Assembly: GCA_973851085.1 (NCBI GenBank)
Contig: OZ316776.1
Coordinates: 6,634,001-6,698,000 of the forward strand
Origin: Ptychomitrium polyphyllum
Lineage: Eukaryota
Length of the DNA: 64,000 nucleotides
Reading direction: 5' to 3'
The notes beneath the pieces were generated by a model, which saw only the letters and a list, made by a program, of their open reading frames with translations, had not been told where the DNA came from and did not search any database. A program made the translations under genes and the position numbers. This document shows positions 1-13,655 of the stretch, in pieces. Positions within the stretch are counted from its first letter, which is position 1; each line of letters opens with the position of its first letter.

Positions 1-1075
1 CAGCATCCCTATTGAGTATGTCCATCGCCAAGGTATTTCTGCCACCTTCACCGCCACATTCTCAGCTAGAAGAGTCTCCCGAATGCTTACCTTAATCAGC
101 TACTTCCTCTTAAATTGCTAATTGCTGCTAGGGAGGTCAAAGTCAAGCTCCCAACCTATCAAATGTTAATGCAAAATCGATTCTATCCTTGGAAGTGCAG
201 TGTATTCCACTGAGAATAAACGACCTGAGCCCACCACCAGATGTGCCTTATGTTGGGAACAAGACGAACTACTTAAGTCAACATTGATGCAGCTCAATGC
301 ACTGGTCTCTAAATCACAGGAGTCCAATTGAAGGCACCAAGGTACCACATCAATGTCCTTGAACAAGATGTAGAAGACACCTTTCAAGAAGAGGCACCAT
401 ACCTGCTCTCCATGTAGTAGATCTGCCTTCATCTCTATGATTCCACAACCACGAAATTGACTTCCTCGTTGCAACTTATCCGAGCCCTGTAATATGTTTG
501 CATGATTATGAGTTTGTTGCTTCGCCTGGCGTTGTCCACGGACACAAGATCTTTGTCACAGTCGTCTAAGATATTGCGGTTGGATGAGAGACTGAACTCC
601 GGTTTCAGAATTCGATGAAAGTTCTTGCCCACAGGATTGAAAACAAAATGCCGCCAAATGAATTGTGAACATTCATTATTTTAAAACCTTCATACATTGC
701 GTAGATGAGTCCTCCATCGGCAGCCAATGTGTGCTTAGACTACCTCCAGTGCCTGTTGGAGCGATGAAGCATAAAATCCTGCATGAAAAAAACTTTGCTC
801 AGGGTGAAAAACGTTCCTTCGCCATGCCCAGAATTTCCCAGTTAAGCTTTTGCTCCCGAACCAAGTGGGTCGAAGTCCAACAATATTTGCATGATGAGGA
901 TGAAGGGTACTCGTCGAAGCAATAATTGGACTCCTAGGGATGCAAAACGAGGTTTAGTTATAAGACGACGCCATGCCTTGCATACCATACGACAGCGGCA
1001 ATGGACATGGAAAGGAAGGCAAGCGAAGACAATCTCAAGAACCTCAGGCGGTAAAGCTTTCCTCACACTCGCCAT
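1..1075 (-). pseudogene. F-box protein pseudogene (copy 1), frameshifts and stops
   Basis: ORF 842-1075 starts MASVRKALPPEVLEIVFACLP...RCRMVCKAWRRLI (F-box). Downstream frames give LAADGGLIYAM and VFNPVGKNFHRI, with an in-frame stop and frame changes. 3' end uncertain. Confidence 0.75.
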
Positions 1076-2039
1076 TACTCCATTATTTGCTGAAATTCTT
1101 CAAGACTGCTAAGGCGCTTTCTACTCTTGGGTTTGAGTCATCGCTCATCTGAAAACATGTCAAGTCAAGATCAGGGTGATCGAAAGCCACACCATCTACG
1201 TAAGTCTCGTACAATTTCAACGCTACTATGTCAGCACAAACATGGAGCTCTCCACACAAAGCTTGCAGAAGATCAGAGTACACAAGTTGCCCACAATTAC
1301 TGTGCAGGCAAAGCGGTAGTTACCTTAGAGTGAGGAAGAAAAAGTTACCAAATCTCTTTGTGTGCAGCACTTCCCTCTGAGTTGGACCGCTTGATAACTG
1401 GACAATCAGACCAAAAGTTACAACTTGCTTTTTTCAATTACAATTGTACTTGACATCCTTAAACCATTTTCACGCCTTTTAGTGGCAGGTTAGAGGAGTT
1501 CATTGGCATCCTCACTCTCAACGTTCACATTCTTAACCGATGTTGGTAATTTGTTCATAATGCAATCCTTTACTTTGGCTGTGCAGGTTTTGAATGCTGC
1601 ATACACATCCCGTAAGAAGCAACCATCTATTTGCATTGGGTGCAATTTTGTGAATACGGTTTAACTCATGACTCAAAGAATTTGGCAGTCGGGGTGAGAG
1701 GATCTGGTGGCAACTATTGCGTGTAAGTTGGATGATATGCTACATAAGAATGTCTTCTTATAGAGCAGCACAGTTTATGAAGTAGCGGCCTTCATCGTCT
1801 CTGTGGACATTTTACATCATTGCATTGCAGGTCGCGTGTCAGTTGAAAATACAACTTGTTTCCAAGTCCCGTACCCTTGTGACTACAGAATCACCGCTGC
1901 TTCTCTCCTTCCAGTGTACTCTCTTCTCTGAATGCGTCAAGCTCGTCCCTTTCAATGACAAGACAACAAGTCACCACACATTTCTGCATTGTGCTTACAC
2001 AGCTCATTCCAGAAAGAGACGAACCAAGAGGAAAGGTAA

Positions 2040-3363
2040 GGCATAAACTTGCACCACTGCGAATGCTTTAGCATTAACAAAAATTCTCTAGTCAGGTCCT
2101 CCCAATCAGCTCCTTCAACTCAAGATCAACAACACCAACCTACATGCCTGACGATCATAAGCACCACGGCAACTGTTAAGCTCATACATGTGCCCAGTAT
2201 TTGCCGGCAGCTCGTGCTTATAAGGTGGGGTTCGTCAAGCATCCTTAGTGGGTATTTCGAGTACTTCGGTGCTTCTACCACCTTGATCGCCCTCTTAGCC
2301 AGCAGAATCTCTGAAATCGTCGCCCTAATCGAGCGCTTTTTCTTCACCAGGTTGTTACTAAGTCGAAGCCCCCGAGGGGTCATATGACATATGGATATAT
2401 TGAAACTCCGGTATATTCCACAAAGAGCAACTAATCTAAACTCACCACCAGTTATGTCTTATCTTGAAGATGCGATGGCTGAGGTAAGGCAACATCGATG
2501 TGGCTCCATACGCCAGTCTCTAAATTACAGGAATACAATTTACAGGACCAGGGTATCAGGGACAAGTTCACAAACAAGGTGTAGAAAACACCTTTCAGAA
2601 AAGACGCACGACCAGGCACGATCATTAGTAGTCACTTTGCAGAGCTTCCTCCATTTCGTAGTGAAATCGTCTTGGTAGACTTTCTCTCCTCGACCTGGCC
2701 TCTTCTGTTGCCTCCACGGTGACAATTTTATAGCTTTGAGTTGCATTATCCACTAACCATGACAACAATATCGTGATTGTAACTGTTGTAATCCAAACGG
2801 AATCCAGGTGCCGGGAATTTGATAGAAGCTCCTCCTCACAGGATTGCCTATCATATGGCGCTGACTCATGCCATTATATAATGCATAGATGAGGCCTCCA
2901 TCGGCAGCCAACATGACTCTATCCCATCCGCAGTACTCATGAACCTCTTGCTTGTTCCGTGATCTGCTAAGTAAAATTCCTCAATGAAAGAATCGCTGAA
3001 GTTGTAGAATCGCTGAGGGTGTAGAATCGCTTCTCCGCCATATCCAGTATTTCCCAGTTTCTAGCCTTCTCTATCTTAAAGCTTGCTGCAACTGGGTCGA
3101 AGTTCATGCCTGCCTCAGCATAATTATGCATCGTAGTTTCTGTGGTCCCACCTACGTCGAAGTGCAATACCTTGGGCGAGACAAGGACGTAGGATGTTAG
3201 AGCGCCAAGATGATAGGACGCAAAGGGATGCAAAATCAGGCTGAGTTAACAGACGGTTCCATCTCTTGCAAACCAGACCACACCAACACGCACATGGACA
3301 AGACGCCGAAATTACACGGTTGTAACGAATTTCAAGAGGCTACTCGTGCATCAATCTCGACAT
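2040..3363 (-). pseudogene. F-box protein pseudogene (copy 2), tandem paralogue of copy 1
   Basis: From ATG at 3363: MSRLMHE*PLEI...CGLVCKRWNRLLTQPDFASLC (degenerate F-box with stop). MLAADGGLIYAL at ~2880-2915 matches copy 1. Fragmented ORFs at 2126-2383, 2540-2746, 2967-3233. Confidence 0.7.
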
Positions 3364-3879
3364 GATGGAGATAGCCGAGGGACTCAGCTAGCCCTCTTCT
3401 AGGTCATCTTAAATAACAAATGCAAGTTTAGGATGATCAAATTATATATCATACTGATGAGTCCCATGTTTTGCAGGGTTGAAGCACACTGGCCCAATGT
3501 ATCTTCGCACTGCTTGTGTGCAGATATACCTCGTGAGGAAAATGAGTTGATGGCGGCCAACTCTCCCCAGCACCGCTTGAAGCGGCACAAATGCATCAAC
3601 TTTAAAACTCAGATACTAGTCCCTCTTCTAACCCATGAACCGAAATTATAGTCGCTGGTTAGGATTGTCAGTAAGTTAGTCGTGACTCCTCACTCACAGA
3701 ATGTAGGTTTTACAGTAAATCATATACTATATGAGCGCGAAAGAAGAATCCCAGTCTGTGGTGCACTTTGGCCAGAAACTTTCAGTTCTGACATAATTTG
3801 TGGCTCTCAAGGTGAAGGTTCTTGTAGCGATTTTTTCAAATGAGAGAGGATTGCGATGCTACAATATGACCTCATGCAG

Positions 3880-6555
3880 GTTGCGGCGATGATGATATGT
3901 ATGCAGATGCGGCAATGTTTTGTCGTTTGACCTCTATAGAAGGTTTTCGTGGGTTTGGATTGTTGTAGGGTGTGCAGTAAGTATTAAATTCGGGAAATGC
4001 AGGTCGCGAGAAGGTTCTTGTGGTCACGAGCGTGGACCTCAACTGGTTCGACCTATCACAAGACCAATTCAGTCCTGTCCATGATCCACAAGAATGGTAA
4101 GTTTTTATATTTCTTTTAGGTTTGGGGCTCGTTCTAACCCCGACTTTTAAATTGGTCTTAGTGTATACGTAGAATATGTTGAATTGTGTGTGGGTCATTT
4201 TGCTATCAATGCCTGCGAGTGACCTAATTCAATATGGTGCAAGAGTTGTCTTCTTTCCATCAATGTCCTTCATGTGTTTCTGGGTTGTAACTGATTGTGG
4301 ATCACTGTGCATTTTTCTTCCGGGTTGAAGTTAAATCTCGGAGCATGTGGACTGAAAAATCTTGAATGATCCGTATGAGCATTGTCAATTTGTCAGATGA
4401 CATTGGTCTACTTTCGCTCCTATTTGGTCATGTCCAATATTAGATACCAACTGAAATGGCTTCTGAGTTCGAATGTGTTCCTCTGTTGTAGGAAATGACA
4501 CAATTCAGACAAAACTTGAACTTCTTCCATGTCTTTACCAGAGCATTCGTTCTCGCTCGGTGTTTTGGGAATGCCATCCAAAGTCAGTGAAGCGCTTACA
4601 GCGATCCTCCAAGTTGTTCGGTGAGGACTTAGCAATCAAAACGATGGATAATAGATCATTACTCGCGTCTGCATCTGTATGAATAATTTTGTCTCCGTGG
4701 GTGGAAACCGTTGTAATTGCAAATTATGTTTGTTTGTAGGATTTCAAACTCGTACTGGAACTCTTTTAGGATTAGCAGTTGCAACGAGCTTCTCTGCGAC
4801 AGAGCAAGAAGCCGTCCGATGTGAGGATCACAACGGACTTTACGACGGGTTTCGAGGAAGTAAGATTTAATCCTTTCCACTACCAGCAACTAAAGAGAAA
4901 ATTCTGAACTCGCAGTGTCTAATTTTTAATGGTGTGTTGATATTGGAATTGACTTAACTAAACCCTATGTTATATAAGCATGTCTCTTCGATTAGCAGTA
5001 GCTGGAGCAATTACGTGTTGTATAAGCTTCCGAAAGAATTGATTAGTCCTTTGATGCTGATTGCCATATCGGAGTGTCAGAGATGTCCAATTTGTGTGTC
5101 AAATTCAATTTTGGTTGGAAGGTTTACCATTGGGATACAAGTCCACGATCAGTACAACTTTTTTGTGTTAGTTTTTAAATTTTTAAGAAAAAATACCTGC
5201 AGATCAGGTACAAGAACTTACTGAATTGATCACAGCGAACTCCTCAGAGCTGGAAACTGAACACAAAATACTGAGTCTCATAAAGAGATATTGGTGGCCA
5301 ACAATATTTCTGCTTACTGTGGTTTTGGGGTATCCTTACCCTAAGTCATTGCTTCCGAATTCCCTATTATTGATATGGAGCACAAAGCCTAACTCTGCAT
5401 CGATTTATCTTTGGTTGGAAAAGGTACGATTCTACGCATGAACCTCAGTTAGGTTATAAATGAAGTAAATGCCGATCCTGGAAACCTTTTTCTGTGAAAA
5501 TTCTGCTTCATTGAGTTTTCGAAAGAACATCGATCCTGTCCTGTGAAAACTCTGATACGGCTTTGCTAGAAGAGGGTAACTTCAAATATCAACCGCAGTG
5601 CGCTTGATCGAATGAAGGACAAGGTCTCGTCTCTGAAACTTGAGACATGCATTATGTTAAATGATTCTCATATTATATGATTGAAATAGTGAGTACATAT
5701 CTGAACGTTTGAGGCCTTTGTATCTGGTTTCTACATTAGAGTTGTTTGACTATTATGCATTTTCAAGACGGTCATCGATCTAATTGTGTAAAGATTTTTT
5801 CTCATGGTGAGGTTGTGTTAAAATCTTTGTGAATTCTTATTCGAATTGAGGTAAAATCTATACAATTGGAGACTCCAACTTGAGTTCAGGAACGTATTGA
5901 TATGAATAGAGGGTGTGTCATGAGTTGTCAGTATTCTGATAAGAATTTTGATTCTGAATTTAAGGATTCCTTTGGCTTTGCAGATAAGTCCAGCAGCAAT
6001 TGTCATGCACGTGGAAGTTCAAGACTACATGTTGTTCTGCTTGGCAAAGGTCACCTATCTTACATCAAATGCCACTATGATAGGGGTGCTGGGAGACTGG
6101 TGGGTCGTTTACTCATCATCCAGGATAACAGCACTTGGCTTGAGTACTTTCTTGGCCTCTTCTACTCTGTTGGCATGACACTTGAAACGAAATTACATGC
6201 TTTGTAAAACTGCACTTGTTATTCCATGAAAGTATGTTTTAAGGAGTTTATTGTGATATATAACACAAGGGTTATTATATAGAAAGAATTGTTTGTCGTC
6301 CCTCTCTTGGACGAGTTACTGCTTACGTGCATAACATTGCGATCGTGAATGGTAGGCCTGTACAATGTGCCAAATCTTGACAACATTGCAAATGGGATCG
6401 CAAAAGATTTTAGGAGCAAGAAAGACGAGCTGGAAGCAGAGTTCAAAAAAGTTACAGAAGATGGTTTGAAAAAATACAAGACTTGGATTGAAAAGGTGTC
6501 TACTATGCATCCTGTTTGTCTAAATTCAATTGCCAATGGGCCATCTTGTAATTAA
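3880..6555 (+). pseudogene. Possible degenerate multi-exon gene, product unknown
   Basis: Several AG...GT-bounded blocks with open frames (4003-4096 REKVLVVTSVDLNWFDL; 4492-4676; 6349-6555 helical charged peptide). I could not assemble a continuous frame. Confidence 0.25.
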
Positions 6556-9177
6556 TTGTGTAATCGTGTCCACGATGTGAATCGAAGTACACCTCTTTCA
6601 GCCACCAGGAAAGATGGATAGCTTTCAATAATATAATTACGATTTCAGTTGTTATAGAAACTCAAAAGGATCCTTGATTCTCGATATGCCTATCAAAATG
6701 CATCCGTTAGCATGCCCACTTCATACAGTTACATCTTTGGATGCAATGAATTGGTTATCGACGTTTTGTCCAATTTTTCTGGGCGAAACATGTTCACTGT
6801 AAATTATGGATTTACACAAACCCAATCGAGTGCGAAGTAACCGAACGTGATGCTAATCAGTGCCTTTGCAACTGCTAATCCCAGGCTGTTCTGTTGAAAA
6901 CAAAAGTAATCACATGAATAAAACATGGATACAGGTTCTGTCAGATCCATTTAGTGTTGTTAGGGGGTGTTTTATGCAGCTCTTACCAGGTGTGTCTTGG
7001 GTTGATTGATTGCATTCAGCAGCAGCTTTGAAGTCTACTGAACCCGCTGTGTCGACCTATTGACAACGGAAGACCCAGATGCCGCTTTTCGTTTTCGTTC
7101 TCACGTTGATTGTCCTTTAGATGGTACTAGTTGAACCTTTTGAACTCCTAGAACTGAAAAAATGAATGAACATGAGTCGCTTGTAAGTTTGTTGGCATCA
7201 CTGCTCTAACCAATCAATACTATGTCAACCATATACGTTGCATCTTAGTTCTGCTGAATAGCCAAGTCACACCTATTTGACATTGTTATCCCAACAAAAC
7301 GACTGTTCAACGTGAATTCAATAGCATATTTACATGCAAAGCTACAATCTGGTTTGGTGCAATCTTTTGTTTGAGCAAAAGTGCAAGAGCAGTTCAATTG
7401 TTCACTGAAGAGAGCTCACATTAACCATGCTTAAGATCTAAAACTATGTGGTTTTTCAGTAGTATAGTCTTCCATAACTCACAAGGGCATGTTCTTGCTT
7501 GAGATGTTGAATAATATGGGTCTTAAAATATTTCAAATAGTGTGGATTTTCCAAAGAAGTGACTCATGTTAATAGAAGTATTTGCTAATAATGTAGATTA
7601 CTTTTCATAATGTAGCCCATGTTATTTAGAATAAGGAGTGTAGCAAAATTAAATGTACCATATATTATTTTAGTATTAGGAATGTACTTTTCAAACCTAC
7701 ATCTAGTTTTGGTGCATGGATGTTAGTCATGAAGAGCTAAGCCAACTTTCTAAAGAAAACTTAATTTTTATTAATTTTTTTGACATTGAAGGGTCTTACC
7801 AAAAATGAAATTTCCTAGATATTATATCTAACCATATAATACAATAATATTTATTATATTCCTTCCACATATTTTTTTTGGAGAACATCCAATAGTGCTA
7901 TTGAAATCTTATAATGTGTATTTGTAACATATGGAAATCTTGTTTAGATTTCAAATGTCAACTTTAAAAGGGTACTTATTTTGAAATAAACAAATTTTTT
8001 ACTAAATTCTAAATATAAATAGTGAGTGTATGTATTTGAGGAATCTACAATAGAAATTGAGTACAATTTGTGGCTTTGGATAAGTCTGATATAAAAGAAA
8101 ATCTGAATTTTAATACTCCAAAATCTAATTATTACGTATCTAGAATTATAAGCATTCTTGTCAATTTTGCAACCAGAAAGTGTTCACCTGGGATTTAAGG
8201 GGATAATACAACAGAGGTTCACAATAAGGTTGTCTTGGTACAGTTGCCATGATGAACATATCATGAGACTTGTAACCATATCAAATGTGTTCAGTAAGAA
8301 AAACTGGATGAATTTCCCCTCAATCTCAACTGCCTCTTTTTTAGAAGCCCTGTCCAGGTGATTGCTTCTTAAAGTAGTGTGAAAAGCAACCAGACATACA
8401 GCACCCAAGTGACCAAGGCCTCCACTGCCTCTCCAACTTGAGTCATATCAATGTTTCAGACAACTGTTGGACAACTTAGATAGTTTTTAACATAAGGTAT
8501 GCATATAGTAGGTGTATCACTAATTAATTATAAAATAGTAAAATCAAGAAAATCTTTTTTTTAAAAAGGTTTTCCAATGAAAAGAATAGATTTTAGGGAA
8601 TGTTTGCTCTGGCAAACCCTGTTCTTAAAAACATTGAAATATTTGTCAGGGGTAATGACCCAGCTATGTGAACATAATAATTGTGTGATTAAGTTTGAAT
8701 TCCAGCATTTCCGTGGTTGCAGTTCCAGTTTATATCTTCATATGGAGGTACTACTTTGATATCTATTGATGATCCTTGATGCATGGTAAGTGTGAGAGAA
8801 TAAATGATAGGCTTTAGGCAGCTGAAGCAAATTTGAGAAAAAATCAATTCAGAACATGGTGAAAGGAATGGACAAACTTACCTGCTGAAATGTGGGTTTG
8901 CTTTGGCTCCATAACACGTGCCACACAATTGCCATTCAGTACAACTGACAGAGGGTGCAAGATGCCAATGTTCTGACTTCTCTTCAGTTTGTTAGCAATT
9001 GGCATCCCAACCACATCAATTCATTGATTCACCTAAGCCTGCTTCACACAGGCAAATGTTGGGAACGACAGACTTTTCTACTGTTCTTGCCAGGTATACA
9101 CAAATTGCCTGCACTGATGATGTATGGAGAGCATTTAAAAGGGTGATGCCCATCACTTACACTAACAAGTAGGACGG

Positions 9178-9301
9178 GGGAGAGAAATGACACAAGTATG
9201 ACACCTTTTTCAATGACACTTTTTAAATGACGCTATCTTATAAGCTTTATGGTGTGAGGACTGTAGGAAAGTATCATTTCAAAGGATGTCATTTCTCTCC
9301 C
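9178..9301. mobile_element. 124-bp MITE-like element with 15-bp perfect terminal inverted repeats
   Basis: GGGAGAGAAATGACA (9178-9192) and TGTCATTTCTCTCCC (9287-9301), with internal ATGAC repeats. No clear TSD. Confidence 0.55.
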
Positions 9302-9995
9302 TTTATGTTATTAGTGTCTAGTTGAATCCAACCCTTCATTATTGTGGATTGTTACTTAGAATGCAAGTGTATTAGCTTGTGTAAAGTTTTCAACTACCAT
9401 TATTAGGAACATACTTTGGAGAATTGCATTCAAATAGAGTTATTTATAAATTTAGCCCTTTTGTAAACAAGGTGTCGTATAAATAAAGATTGTCAACACA
9501 ACAAATCGAGTATTACAATCATAATCAATTTTGTGGCAAATAAAAACCAAACATAAATGTATAACAAATACACCTTCAAGTGCCCCTTTTAGCTAATCAT
9601 GGAGCCCTGCCTTCAAGTGCCCCCTCTAGTTGATCATGGAGCCCCGCCAAGCAGCTAGAACCACAATTATACATATGTGAAAAATAATGTCACACTAATG
9701 TCTTGGTAGTCCAAACAAGTCAAAAAAATTAGAGAATAAGTGATTAGGAAACTTTTAGGCCAGGGACAATGTAAGCCCCATCTTTAATTGCCTTTAATAA
9801 TTTGAATGTCACATCCCTTACCAATCTTCATGCTTAACTCCAATCTTGAACTTGTAACTAGAAATTATCCAACATAAGGCAAATTCTTATAAATTCCTGA
9901 GCTCTTATTAATAGATAAAATAAGGCCAAAAGATTTTTTACAATGAGGGCAAATCCAATCTCCAAAAGGTAAAGTAAAAAGATGTAGGATCAGAC

Positions 9996-10496
9996 TGTGA
10001 AGGTAAAAAAATATTAAGGTTAATCACTACCAAATGGAAGAGACATGGTAATATTAAGGAGCATACTATGAATTACTGTAGAACTTATTAAAATGGAACA
10101 ACCTGCACATCAACATATACTCAAAAAGAAAATTGATAAATGAGTCAAAAAATGGAGTGTATGATTTGTTTTATAAAAAAAGCCAAATACAACACACCCT
10201 CAACTTTCTTGACTAAGGATTAAAAATACTAAATTCAAATCCTATAAAAGTGGATCTACATTTGTTTGTCTGAAATACGAAGTTCAAATCTTATAAAAGT
10301 GGATCTACATTTGTTTGTTTAAAATACGAAATTCAAATCCTATAAAAGTGGATCTACAATTGTTTGTTTGAACTAACAGTCTCCGATTATCATTCAGTAG
10401 TTACTATTGGTTGGAGGATGTCTGATAGTACCAATAGAAAAGATCGGTAGAGAAAGTCCGGTAGTACCAAATGTAACATCCGGTAGCCCGGTAACA
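9996..10496. mobile_element. Solo LTR (501 bp) inserted in the PHD finger
   Basis: Starts TG (9996), ends CA (10496), flanked by perfect 5-bp TSD CAGAC (9991-9995 and 10497-10501). Confidence 0.85.
10222..10372. repeat. 3 x ~49-bp tandem repeat inside the solo LTR
   Basis: Unit AAATACGAAATTCAAATCCTATAAAAGTGGATCTACATTTGTTTGTTTG, three near-identical copies. Confidence 0.85.
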
Positions 10497-10679
10497 CAGA
10501 CACGTCATGTACCAACCACGTTGGCAATGATATTATAATAGCATGGTAGCCGCCAATTTCTTTTCACCACACACAAAGAAAAGAAGGCAATTAGTACTAC
10601 TACCTATTCAAAATGTATAATATTATTAATAGGAAGGTGGCATGGAGTACAATTCTTAGAATGCTTTTGACACTTCCAT

Positions 10680-11400
10680 CCATCTTTGCCTTTTAATAAT
10701 AAAATACTACTATATAATACATTGTTTTTACATAAAATGGTGCACTTTGCCTTTCATCAAGTGTAGTAGGCGCCTCACACTATAAATGCACATAATCTCC
10801 CTTGGAGAATCTCCGCAACTAAAATCAATAAGTTCCACTATAGATACAAACATAATGCAAAGTATCACAATGCTAAGCAATGGATAGATTTTCCATGGTT
10901 ATAGGCATGGCTTTTTTAAAAACTTCTTCCTAATTATGTAGATATTGAGTTCAAACATCATAATCATCCAAATCCACAACTAAACCTTCTCACATATTGA
11001 GTTAGGCAAAATAGGCTCTCTTCCATACAACAATTGGGAAAGGCTGTAACATACTAAGGATACTTATCTACTAAAACAATAGCCCATAGCAGTGCGTGGT
11101 AGCATTAGGTTCCAACCACAATGATTTCTACAAAGCAATCCATACTTTTGTAAACCACATTTGATTGTCTAAACAACCCTCTCAATTAAGCCATTTACCT
11201 TAGAGTAATCCTTTGAGGTGGTGCAATGATCTATTAGAGCCTTAGTGCACAAATCTTCAAAAGATCCAAAGAACTTCCTCCTTTAATTTGTCAACACCTC
11301 AGCAGATGCTTTAAAAGGTACCAAAATACGATCAAGAAAAGCCATGGCTGCCAACTGTAAAGAGTTTTGTGGTAGAGCAACAAGTTTTGTGGTAGAGCAA
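10680..11400 (-). pseudogene. Gypsy integrase core and C-terminal remnant
   Basis: ALPQNSLQLAAMAFLDRILVPFKASAEVLTN*RRKF...IDHCTTSKDYSKVNGL; AMGY and QLLYGREPILP; LSIA*HCDTLHY and RRFSKGDYV. Confidence 0.8.
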
Positions 11401-12393
11401 AACAATTACAATACAAGCAAATAAAAGCTTATACCCTTTGTGCTTCAACATTGATTAAATATGGTTCTAACTCCAATGGCCAATCATTAAACTTTGTAGT
11501 CTCCTTTCCAACCAATGAAAGGCCACAATGTCTCGCCACGGCCTCTAACTGCTAATTTATGGATGGAGCTACATTTGCATCTCTAACATCCTTACATGCA
11601 GCTAAATGAAGGACTTTGTCACCAAATTCTTACGCCAAAGCAACAAAGATTTGTTAAGCTTGAAGTTTTTTTGCTACATGTTGTTCAAAGTGAAGAAACA
11701 ACTTCAAATTCTCAATCTTTATGAGTGTTGGCTCTAGTATCCCTTGGCCATTTCTCTTTGCCCTTAAAATAAGAAAATTGTTGTTGCAATGTTACTATAT
11801 AGCAAGGCACATGCCAATAATCTACACCATAGTATTGAGGTCTATAGTTTGGCCTAAATAAAAATGCCGCTGGCCTTCTATAAGAATATGAGGAGCTGTG
11901 GTGCTTGTTAAAAAACCTATGGAATGCTCACTTTCATGTGCAAAAGGCTCATCATAGGTTTGAAACTTAGAATCACAAACCATGTAGAGTCCACGTGGTC
12001 AAATTGCAAAAGACCTAGGATAAGTCATAAATGTTGGAAGGCACCCGAAGGTGCCTCCATCTTGTTGATTAAGGTAAGAGAAAACTCATCATCAATGAAA
12101 ACAATTATTGAAACTTGATGATCATCTAAAATATCATCTAGCTTGCGTTGAGATGCTTGTATGACTTTTAAAAGTGTTATTGTAAGCACATGAGATGGAG
12201 CCAAGTTGATTCAAAACCAACAAGCATGATGTACGTAAGATCCCAGTGTCACAGTATCACAACATCTATAAAGGTTGGAGGATCAAGGAGTTGGCAAATA
12301 TAATGCCCATCCTCTACAACCTTTTGTCGTGTATCCTTTAATAGAAGTACATTCTCAAATATGTACCTTAGCGGCTCGGATTGGTGAGCAAAC

Positions 12394-13655
12394 TGTGAGC
12401 TAAAAATCCTCCCTATCTACTTGAAGAAGAAGAATAACTTTACATCAAGTTTAAGAGATAGTAGGAACCAATTGTGAGATTGTTCTAATGGTTGATTAAT
12501 TAATCAAGCGTTTAAAATTCCAAGTTTCTAAATAATTCCTTCCAAGCAATGGTTACCAATTGATTTAGTTAAAACAAGTGATGAAAAATAACACAAGAAA
12601 AAAGAAAAGAATTAGATAGAAATAGAAAGGAAAAAGGAAAGAGTTGGATGAGAAAAATTGGATGGAATAAGTAATTAGATGAAAACAAGGCTACTGGATG
12701 AAAACAACACAGCAGCAATACAGCACAATACAGCAGCAACCGCAGAAGTAGAAAATCTCTCAAATTTCAAACCCTCATAACTTTCTCATTTTAGCTCCAA
12801 ACTTGATGATTCTTGTGCTTAGCCTTATTGATTTTTCTTCCTCTATCCAACAAATATGTCTAATCTGAAAAATAAATCCACTAAAAGTAAGTTCAAAGTA
12901 GTCCAGCAAGGGTGTAAGATAAACAACTTATAACATAAGTATAAAAAAACAAAACAAATATTACTTTTTGGTGCCTCAATGGACTGCCCTTGCCAATGGC
13001 TCAAACCATAGGTGAGAGAGAGAGAGAACAAGGCCTTGAGAGGGCCTTAAATACCCACTTGCTAACAACTTGCGGGGAAGACCAATGGTTGGCATCCATT
13101 TGCCACAAAGTGATGATAAATCACCATGGATACCAATCAATGCACAACTTTTAATCCCTAATAATTTAATTAGCCAAAAATAATGCAAAACAACTTACTA
13201 ACTAATGAAAAATATTAATTTTTGAGAGGATTTCATTAAGAGTCAATTTGATTTGTTGTTGTGGGAATAACGTTTGAAAAGAAGAATAGTTCTTCATTTT
13301 CTTCCTTCACCACTACTTGTGGCTTGAAGAACAAAGGAACTCTTTATCTTCTTCCTTCACCATCTTTTGTGGTTTCAAGAGTAGAGTAATTCTTCATCTT
13401 CTTTCTTCACCATATTCCAACTACCATTAATTCTACCTTTCCTAACAAACTCACCTTAAACAAGATTTAATATTATTTAAAATCTAATCTATATAATTAA
13501 ATTTTGTTAAAACCAACTTAATAATCTAAAGCCTTGGTTCATAATTTAGGCCAATACTTTTATTTTCTCACAATTGATAATTAACTAACACTATTTCTTA
13601 TCAAAATACCAAAAATTAATTAAATAAAGATTTGGTGCATAATCTGGAGTTGACA
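12394..13655. mobile_element. Solo LTR (1262 bp) inserted in the methyltransferase
   Basis: TG at 12394, CA at 13654-13655, perfect 5-bp TSD CAAAC (12389-12393 and 13656-13660). Confidence 0.85.
13281..13413. repeat. ~2.7 x 50-bp degenerate tandem repeat within the solo LTR
   Basis: TCTT(C/T)AT(T/C)TTCTT(C/T)CTTCACCA recurs at 13291, 13341 and 13391. Confidence 0.7.

Larger units (their letters stand above)
9935..10580 (-). pseudogene. PHD finger at the integrase C-terminus, split by a solo LTR
   Basis: With 9996-10496 and one TSD removed: FFVCGEKKLAATMLL*YHCQRGWYMTCL|ILHLFTLPFGDWICPHC, a degenerate C4HC3 PHD pattern. Confidence 0.75.
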
